From the NCBI GenBank assembly GCA_002104945.1, contig MCFH01000185.1:1-19663 (forward strand): DNA of 19,663 nt. Reading direction: 5' to 3'. Positions 11,294 through 19,663 of this stretch are shown here, piece after piece (position 1 is the stretch's first letter; each line of letters starts with the position of its first letter). Under the pieces are notes generated by a model. It saw only the letters and a list, made by a program, of their open reading frames with translations, had not been told where the DNA came from and ran no database searches. Origin of the DNA: Piromyces finnis finn (Eukaryota; Fungi; Neocallimastigomycota). Made by a program: the position numbers and the translations under genes.

Positions 11294-13414
11294 TTTCCCT
11301 TTTTAATCCAGTAAACCTTAAACTTTAAGACTAATTGAAAAGATTTTTTTAATATAAATTAAAATAAATATTTTATATTTTATATTTACAGGCAGGTTTT
11401 TTTAAAAACTTTGATTTTTAAAATTTTTATATAGATAAATATTATAAATATTTAAATTTTTTAATAATTGATAATTTTCAAAAAATTTTTACAGAAAAAT
11501 ATTATAGAAATATATTTGATTGAAAAAATGCTAAATATATATTTCGATAATATTTATAAATGTTTTATAAATGTTTTTTTTTAATAGTTGTAAATACAAT
11601 AATACTATTTTAGTATGTTATAATTTAATAATTATTTAAAATAAAATGAAAATAAAAAAATTTATTTTTTTTTAAAATAATAAACTTTTGATGTTATTTA
11701 AATTTTATATATATTACAATAATATAAATAAGAAAATTGTTTTTGTAAGTTAATGAAGATAAAATTCAGTCTTTTTCGACAATATTTATACTATTTTGAA
11801 ATATATTAACATTTTTAAATAAGTAGTATTTTATTATCACAACATCATCTATTTTATTATAGTTATTTTTATATATTTAATTTTTAAATTTAATCTTTAT
11901 TAACTAAAAATAATATAATTTATTAATGTTGTAAACAAATATATAAAAAATAATTTCTGTTTTTTATAAACTATTTTTAAATTGATTTATTTATTTTAAT
12001 AATATATACACATTCTATTTTTGATAGTTAAAATAATTTTTTATAATTATATTATATATTTATACAAAAATAATTTTTTATAATTATATTATATATTTAT
12101 ACAATAATAATATTTTTTATAATTATATATTTATACAGTAATAATATTTTTTATAATTATATATTTATACAGTAATATTCAAATTAATTTGATGTATTGT
12201 TTTTTATTAAATATTATTGTTTTTATTAAATACAAAATCAATTTTTTTTTTTTTTTAGATTGCCGTTTATATTATAAATCTATATGAATATGTTTTTATT
12301 TCTTTAAAATGTAATACAAACAATTCATAGAAAAAAAATAAAATATTTAAAATTTAAATACTGTTAAGTTTATTTTTATAAAATTTTATATAAAAATTAA
12401 AACTTTACATAATCATTATTTGGTATATAAAAATACGGTTAAATTAATGTAATCATTATACATATTATATAGATAAAAGAAAAAAGACGGTAATTTTTAT
12501 ATATACAAATTTACTTTTAAAAGATATATTTTTAAGTTGTATTTTTGATTTAAATAAAAGTTTATATGTATATTTTTAAATGTTTATTTCTATTAGCTTT
12601 ATATTTTTCTTATATTTTTTTATTTTTGATATTAAATATATATTTATATTTTTTATTTAATTGTAAATACTTCATATATCACATTAAAGCAAATTAATTA
12701 TAAAATAATTTTGTATATTATTGAATATTAATCCATTTATTAAAGATATTTATATTTTTAATTTTATTTTTCAATTAACCAAAAGAAATATTTACAAATT
12801 ATTAATTTTTTCAAATTAGTATTTACAAATTTTAATCTATATCAATATATTTTAATTTACTAAGCGTTAGAAGTTTAAATAGATTTTTTTTTAATTTCAA
12901 AATAGTATAAATATTGTCGAAAAAGACTGAATTTTATCTTCATTAACTTACAAAAACAATTTTCTTATTTATATTATTGTAATATATATAAAATTTAAAT
13001 AACACTTTAAATCAATTTATCAAAAGCTTTTTTTAAAAAAAATAAATTTTTTTATTTTCATTTTATTTTAAATAATTATCAAATTGATAACATACTGAAA
13101 TAGTATTATTGTATTTACAACTATTAAAAAAAAACATTTATAAAACATTTATAAATATTATCGAAATATATATTTAGCATTTTTTCAATCAAATATATTT
13201 CTATAATATTTTTCTGTAAAAATTTTTTGAAAATTATCAATTATTAAAAAATTTAAATATTTATAATATTTATCTATATAAAAATTTTAAAAATCAAAGT
13301 TTTTAAAAAAGCCTGCCTGTAAATATAAAATATAAAATATTTATTTTAATTTATATTAAAAAAATCTTTTCAATTAGTCTTAAAGTTTAAGGTTTACTGG
13401 ATTAAAAAGGGAAA
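11294..13414. promoter_or_regulatory. Divergent (head-to-head) intergenic region between copies A and B: duplicated ~510-520 bp proximal regions around a unique 1091-bp spacer
   Basis: Position between the two ATGs; no ORF in the track. Promoter function is inferred from position only. Confidence 0.5.
12030..12179. repeat. AT-rich minisatellite, 34-37 bp x4 plus a partial copy, in the palindrome spacer
   Basis: Units end in tatttatac at 12065, 12102, 12136 and 12170; the core ttttttataattat(att)atatttatac is shared. Confidence 0.8.
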
Positions 13415-15306
13415 ATGTACAACAAATTATATTCAGCCGTTTTAGTTAGTGTCTTACTTTCTCAATCTCAAGTCTTTGGTTTACCTTGCTGGGGTTGGGA
13501 TTCCTGGGGATGGGGAAACAACAACAACAACAACAACAATAATAATAATTCAGGTTGGAATTGGTGGAATTGGGGATGGAATACACCATCCGTTCCTTCT
13601 ATACCATCTATTCCTACTCCATCTATTCCAACTACCACAGTTGCTCCAAAGCCAACTCAAATTGTACCAACACCAATCATTCCAATAATTGACTGTTCTA
13701 AACCAGAATTCAAATATTTACCACAATGTAAGGTTGACTGTTCCAAACCAGAAAACAAGGACAATGAACAATGTAAGGTTGACTGTTCCAAACCAGAAAA
13801 CAAGGACAATGAACAATGTAAGGTTGATTGTTCCAAACCAGAAAACAAGGACAATGAACAATGTAAGGTTGACTGTTCCAAACCAGAAAACAAGGACAAT
13901 GAACAATGTAAGGTTGATTGTTCCAAACCAGAAAACAAGGACAATGAACAATGTAAGGTTGATTGTTCCAAACCAGAAAACAAGGACAATGAACAATGTA
14001 AGGTTGACTGTTCCAAACCAGAAAACAAGGACAATGAACAATGCAAGATTGACTGTTCCAAACCAGAAAACAAGGACAATGAACAATGTAAGGTTGACTG
14101 TTCCAAACCAGAAAACAAGGACAATGAACAATGTAAGGTTGACTGTTCCAAACCAGAAAACAAGGACAATGAACAATGCAAGATTGACTGTTCCAAACCA
14201 GAAAACAAGGACAATGAACAATGTAAGGTTGACTGTTCCAAACCAGAAAACAAGGACAATGAACAATGTAAGGTTGACTGTTCCAAACCAGAAAACAAGG
14301 ACAATGAACATGTAAGGTTGACTGTTCCAAACCAGAAACAAGGACAATGAACAATGTAAGGTTGACTGTTCCAAACCAGAAAACAAGGACAATGAACAAT
14401 GTAAGGTTGATTTCCAACCAAAACAAGGACAATGAACAATGTAAGGTTGATTGTTCCAAACCAGAAAACAAGGACAATGAACAATGCAAGATTGACTGTT
14501 CCAAACCAGAAAACAAGGACAATGAACAATGTAAGGTTGACTGTTCCAAACCAGAAAACAAGGACAATGAACAATGTAAGGTTGACTGTTCCAAACCAGA
14601 AAACAAGGACAATGAACAATGTAAGGTTGACTGTTCCAAACCAGAAAACAAGGACAATGAACAATGTAAGGTTGACTGTTCCAAACCAGAAAACAAGGAC
14701 AATGAACAATGTAAGGTTGATTGTTCCAAACCAGAAAACAAGGACAATGAACAATGTAAGGTTGATTGTTCCAAACCAGAAAACAGTGAATTACCAGAAT
14801 GTAAGACTGAAGAAGAAACACCAGTTCCAGCTCCAGCTCCAGCTCCAGCTCCAGACTGTTCCAAACCAGAAAACGGTGAATTACCAGAATGTAAGACTGA
14901 TGATACTTTAGATTGTTCAAAGCCAGAAAACAGTGATGTTCAAGAATGCTACTGTTCTCTTCCAGAAAATGCTGATCTTTCTGAATGTAAAAAAGGTAAC
15001 AATGAAAATGATAATGAAAATGATAATAACGGTGATGAAAACGACGATGATGAAAATGACGGTGATGAACCAGATTGTGATTTAGAAGAAAACAAGGATC
15101 TTGAACAATGTAAGAATGATAGTGATGTTGAAGTTGAAGGTGAAGATGATGATGAAAGTGTTGTTGCTGTTGATGATAGCAACAATAGCAGTGACATTGA
15201 AGCTGAAGAAGAAGAACTTGAAGAAGCCAAAGAATATCTTGAAGAAGCAAAGAATCTTCTTAAACAAATGAAGAAAGATAAGAAGAAGAATCACAGACAC
15301 TACTAA
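13415..15306 (+). CDS. Secreted Cys-rich repeat protein, copy B (632 aa if 7 nt missing at 14310-14421 are restored); frameshifted as given
   Basis: ORF 13415-14350 has an N-terminus identical to copy A, and ORF 14347-15306 has a C-terminus nearly identical to copy A. Deletions against the 45-nt consensus: 1 nt at ~14310, 1 nt at ~14336, 5 nt in the unit at 14406-14445. 1892+7=1899 nt=633 codons. Confidence 0.85.
13733..14895 (+). repeat. 45-bp coding tandem array in copy B (25 units, one linker)
   Basis: 23 consecutive [V/I]DCSKPENKDNEQCK units (13733-14760), then SELPE, linker TEEETPVPAPAPAPA, then GELPE. Confidence 0.93.
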
Positions 15307-15596
15307 AAATTCACTACTAAAAATTTACTAATATAAATTAAATTTATTTTTTAAATTTTTAATGTAATATATTTAATATTTTTTTTTTAAAATATTTCAA
15401 AATAATATATAGATAAATATTTGTTTTTATTTTATGAAAATTGTTTTTGTAAAATATTCTTTTAAAAATATTTTTTTTAAAAATATTCTATATAAAAACG
15501 ATATATTGTAATATATATAACAATAATTTATTTAAATCTATACAAAAAATAAAAAAAATAAAAAAAAAATTAAAAACATATATTAAAAACTTAGAA

Positions 15597-15965
15597 ATTT
15601 ATTTTATTTTATTTTATTTTATTTTATTTTATTTTATTTTATTTTATTTTATTTTATTTTATTTTATTTTATTTTATTTTATTTTATTTATTTTATTTTA
15701 TTTTATTTTATTTTATTTTATTTTATTTTATTTTATTTATTTTATTTTATTTTATTTTATTTTATTTTATTTTATTTTATTTTATTTTATTTTTATTTTA
15801 TTTTATTTTATTTTATTTTATTTTATTTTATTTTATTTTATTTTATTTTATTTTATTTTATTTTATTTTATTTTATTTTATTTTATTTATTTTTATTTTA
15901 TTTATTTTATTTTATTTTATTTTATTTTATTTTATTTTATTTTATTTTATTTTTATTTTATTTTA
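15597..15965. repeat. (ATTTT)n pentanucleotide microsatellite, about 370 bp
   Basis: Near-perfect ATTTT units with occasional ATTT/ATTTTT variants, starting 16 bp after the right arm ends. Confidence 0.95.
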
Positions 15966-17405
15966 TATTTATAATCTCGAAAAAATATAATTTTTATTTT
16001 CTTTTTCTTTTCTTTTTTTTTTTTTTTAAGATGAATTTTCAATATTCAACACTTTTATTTTTCTTTTCGTTTTCTTGTAACACATGTATTGGTTATATAA
16101 AAGTAGTTTTTATTTAAATGGGTTTTCGATATTCCATTTTTTTATTTTTTTATTTTCTTTTTATTGTAACTTACTTATTAGCTATAAAAAAAAAGAGTTT
16201 TCACTCTCTTAATAATGAATTTACTTTTCTTTTTTCTAATTTATTAATAAATTGTTTTTTGTGGGATGACAAAAAACTATTTTTATGGAGGTTGAATTCT
16301 ATTAATACAAAATTATAAAAAAAAAAAGTTTTAAATAAAAAAGGATTTTTATTTATTCCTATATTTTTTATATATTATATCAAACTTTTTTTTTTATTTT
16401 TGATGGTTACTTGTAAAATAATAATATCTTTAAACATCAATATAATAAATAGTATATTTATAAATAAATCAACCTATTTCACTTTCTTTTTTTTTTTTTT
16501 TTTTTATTTTATGACATCTTAAATAATTTTTTTTTTTTTATTATTTTATTTTATTTTTTTAATATGCATATATATATACATTGGCTATATTCAAAAGTAT
16601 AAAATAACACTACGATGTAATAAATCGTAGTATACATGAAAAAATTTATAATAAATGTATTTATTTAAATAGGATATGTATCATTATATAAAATATAAAA
16701 TGAAATAGTGATAAAAAGAATTTATAGTTTTAAATAATATATATTGTTATGATTATAATTAAACAAATAAAAAAAAAAAAAAGAATAATAATTAAAAATG
16801 ATATATCTAGATATGGATAGTTGTATATAAATAAATTATTATTATTATTATTATCATTAAAAGAATATTTTTTAATAATAATAATTATAATAATTATAAT
16901 AATTATAATTTAATAATATCTAAGTAAAGTTTTTTTTTAAAAAAAAAAAAAAAAAGTAAAGTATTTTTACATTTAATTTTATCTAAAGTATAGAGTATGT
17001 ATTCTAATAATTTTGATTTAATATTTATAATTAAAAATCTTTGATAATATTAATGATGATTTTTAGTAATTTTAAAGTTTATAATCAAATCATTGAAAAT
17101 TGTAAAACCTTTCTTTTTCCTCTTTTTTCATTATTCTTTTTAACCAGCAATAAATGTCTTTTTTTTTAAAAAAAAAAAAAAATCGCTTAAAACCATTTAA
17201 AACCAATTTAGGCATTTCATTGATTTAATATTCGTGATACTGACATATTTCATTTCTTTATTTTACAAAGATTACCAATGATATTATTATTAATATTCTT
17301 ATTCTATAAAATTGATTTTAAATTATTGGTAAAGTAATTGAATTTATATATATATATATTTCCTAAAAAAAAAAAAATTCATAAAAATAATTTTTTTTTT
17401 TTTCA

Positions 17406-19241
17406 TTATTGGTATCCCATTATTGACAATTCCTTATCTTGATCTGGATTTTCATTAAATTTAGGTTGTATTTGTTGTTGTGGATCATGTGTTTGATTAT
17501 AATTATCAATTAGAATACAGTTATTTATTAATTGGGACATAATTTGTTCATTATCCATACTATTTGATATAGATGATGTTAAGGATGATATACGTTTTGG
17601 TCTTTTGGCTAAAGCTCGTTTATGGTCATTCTGTTCAAAAGGTGTTATTAAATTATGATGTGTTGATGATGAATTTGCCAAAGCATTTTCATTGTAATGT
17701 GTATTACTCTTTCCATTGTCTGTACCAGAAGAAGAATAAAGTGGAGGTTTTTCAATGAAATAGGGTTTAGTTTTTTTCTGAACTTTCCTCTGTATCATCC
17801 AAAAATTTAATGGCTGATAGACTTGAATCACGAGGAGGAGTGGATAGGAATTACTTTTACGACAAGAATTTCTATGATTTTTATTTACATTTGGGGAAGG
17901 AAGATGAGGATCTTTGGAGTGACCTAATTCACCTAATATAGGAGTCCATTCTGTCTCTTTTGAATTTGCTACTGTTGGTATTGTAGGATTACCACCGCTT
18001 GAAGAACCAACACCAACACAAATTAAAGAAGAATCTCTAGGCTTAACATCTGATTTAGTTAATATTGATTTTAATTCACTAGACGAGCTATAATTGACAT
18101 TTCCATAGATATTCTTGGCATTTATACTTATTAACATAGCAGGTGATTCGTCTATGATGAATGAAGAATTTTTCAGAGAAGGTTTCTATTAAGAATCACT
18201 AATATCAATGGATTCCTTTGGAATATTTATTGATGACCTGATACCTGAGGAATATTATAGTCATCATCAAGCGGTTTCGAAGTCATTGAAGTATCACTTG
18301 TAAATGGATGAAACAAGGATATGTCTTCAATTGGTGGAAGAATATAAGAGCTTTTAATGTCATTATTATTACTACTATTTAAGAATGAAACGTTTGGTGG
18401 TCCATTTTGGAAAGAACTATTGTAATTGTTGGTAGTATCCATAGAAGAGAAATTAATATCAGTATCAACAACAATGGAATTTTCATTATAACCATTATTA
18501 TAATTATTATTATTATTATTATTATATTTTGGTATATTACGAGTGACTTTTTGACGATTATTAATATTTTTAATAATTTTTAGTAATAGATCAGATTTTC
18601 TTCGGTAGTACATTAAGAAGGTTATCACAATAAAAAAGACAAAAATTAATACAACAATGATAATGAATATAATCAAAAGTGTTTTATAATCTCTTTTATT
18701 TTTTTCACTCGAATTTATGGTATTATCAATTTTAGTATTTGTATTTTTAGAAGTGCTAGAAGCATTGGAAATTGTAGATGTTATCTTTGGGATAGTCTTA
18801 TTCATATTATTATTATCATTATTATTATTATTACTATTATTGTTGTTATTGTTGTTACCGTTATTTTCCACAAGAGTTGTCCTTGCGATTGTTGTAGTAT
18901 CTAATGCTTCGTTATTTTGATTATTATCAAGAATTGTATCATTTGTTAAGGTAGTATTATTATTATTAACATCCATATCCATATTATCACTATCTTTTGT
19001 GGCTATAGTATTAGTATCACTATTATTGTTATTATCATTATTTATTTCAATATTGTTGTTGTTGTTGTTGTTGCTAATATCCCCTAGATCATCATTTATA
19101 GTATCACTATTAATTATTTTATCATTTTTTTAGTATTGTTATTTGTTTTATTTTGGTAGCTTTTGTTTCAGGAGAATCTTCAGTTTGAACTTTTATTATT
19201 AGTATTATTATTTTTAATAATAATGATAAAATAGTTGTCAT
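17406..19241 (-). CDS. Asn/Thr/Ser-rich single-pass (type I) membrane protein of unknown function; start and joins uncertain
   Basis: Candidate signal MTTILSLLLKIIILIIKVQT (ATG 19241). A frameshift at ~19125-19150 leads into the frame of ORF 18227-18982 (Asn/Thr-rich ectodomain, TM TLLIIFIIIVVLIFVFFIVITFLMYY, then RRKS). A 59-nt GTATC..TTAATAG intron (18244-18186) would join it in frame to ORF 17406-18137 (low-complexity cytoplasmic tail). Confidence 0.6.
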
Positions 19242-19663
19242 GTAATCGTAATAATGATCATAATAATAGTAATGTAGTAATTGTTGTTATTAAGAATAAT
19301 AGAAATATTAATATACACATTTTTACATAAAAATAAAAATCATTAATATTTAGTATAACTTTTTGAATAAAAGTAATCCTTATTCTAGTCATTACTCTAA
19401 TTTTTAATAGTACCTGTAAACATTTTCTTATCAGTAACAAGTGCCTGTAAGCATGAATCCGAACAAGTATAATAATTTGAATTATTTCTATTCCCTTTCA
19501 CTTTAATAAATTTTACTTTAGCCTTACTTTTTTCATTCATTTTAAAATAATTGAAAAAAATAGGAGTGTCTACATTTTCGATGGTATAACAAATATTGGT
19601 GGTACAAGCTACATTAATTTTTTTTATAATTAAAATTAAAAAATTTAAATATTCTTTTATATT

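Larger units (their letters stand above)
9732..11802 (-). repeat. Left arm of large inverted duplication (2071 bp)
   Basis: Reverse complement of 12894-15580. The outer match ends at tatgttttt (9732) / aaaaacata (15580); the inner match ends at ctattttgaaat (11802) / atttcaaaatag (12894). Includes ~270 bp of 3' flank, the CDS and ~510 bp of 5' flank. Confidence 0.95.
12894..15580 (+). repeat. Right arm of large inverted duplication (2687 bp)
   Basis: Reverse complement of 9732-11802; the extra length is almost entirely the expanded 45-bp array (CDS span 1892 vs 1290 nt). Confidence 0.95.

Noticed and set aside
10415-14895. 45-bp repeats as a CRISPR array
   Set aside because: The units are contiguous with no unique spacers, keep a reading frame, vary mostly at synonymous sites, and sit in a eukaryotic context.
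10010-15300. Long antisense and alternative-frame ORFs over the repeat genes (e.g. 10060-10998, 10399-11019, 13657-14754, 13718-15250)
   Set aside because: They are by-products of a 45-bp unit that happens to lack stops in several frames. They are mirrored in both arms and have no independent coding features.
10004-15306. Repeat protein as a fungal cellulosome scaffoldin or dockerin-bearing protein
   Set aside because: As I recall it, the scaffoldin repeat has Gly followed by two large hydrophobic residues (often Tyr) and the protein has a C-terminal membrane anchor; neither is present here. The modules also lack the aromatic/Gly pattern of CBM10-like fungal dockerins.
9732-15580. Palindrome as a DNA transposon / foldback element with long TIRs and a TA target-site duplication (TA|TGTTTTT...AAAAACA|TA)
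   Set aside because: There is no transposase or ORF in the spacer, the arms are a host-type gene with its flanks, and TA at both ends is expected by chance in this composition. It cannot be fully excluded without an empty-site allele.
9732-15580. Palindrome as a fold-back read or chimera artefact
   Set aside because: It has a unique 1.09-kb spacer, unique flanks on both sides, private substitutions and different array architecture in each arm. Read-level confirmation is still needed.
16030-16318. Small ORF 16118-16318 (+) and short open stretches on the minus strand
   Set aside because: Composition is Phe/Leu/Lys-biased as expected from T/A runs, with no recognisable motif and no convincing splice partners.
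19409-19454. Imperfect 15-bp direct repeat (agtacctgtaaacat / agtgcctgtaagcat) upstream of the last gene, sharing gcctgtaa with the repeat-gene upstream motif
   Set aside because: Only two short copies with mismatches; not enough to support a regulatory call.
19258-19540. ORF 19258-19440 and a short ATG-initiated frame at 19540 as extra 5' exons of the last gene
   Set aside because: Both hit stops, and I could not find a splice or single-indel path joining them convincingly to the downstream frame.

Overview
This is extremely AT-rich eukaryotic DNA with short AT-rich GT-AG introns, most consistent with an anaerobic gut fungus (Neocallimastigomycota); the taxon is an inference. All genes I could reconstruct encode secreted or membrane proteins. 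From left to right: (1) two tandem minus-strand paralogues made of a signal peptide, a bacterial-type solute-binding domain and membrane helices; gene 2 has a full 7TM/GPCR-like region, and gene 1 runs off the window edge in its first helix; (2) a minus-strand GH114 glycoside hydrolase with a Thr-rich repeat stalk and a C-terminal membrane anchor; (3) a 5.85-kb palindrome (arms 9732-11802 and 12894-15580, unique 1091-bp spacer) carrying two head-to-head copies of a secreted protein that I cannot assign to a family, built from 15-aa C-X10-C modules; the copies are near-identical outside the repeat array, but their arrays differ in length and module order; (4) a ~370-bp (ATTTT)n tract right at the outer end of the right arm; (5) a minus-strand Asn/Thr-rich single-pass membrane protein. 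Most genes carry single-base indels, mainly in homopolymer runs, and I found no nonsense substitutions. This suggests imperfectly polished long-read sequence, so frameshifts here should not be read as pseudogenisation without checking reads. All coordinates and exon models were derived by hand.
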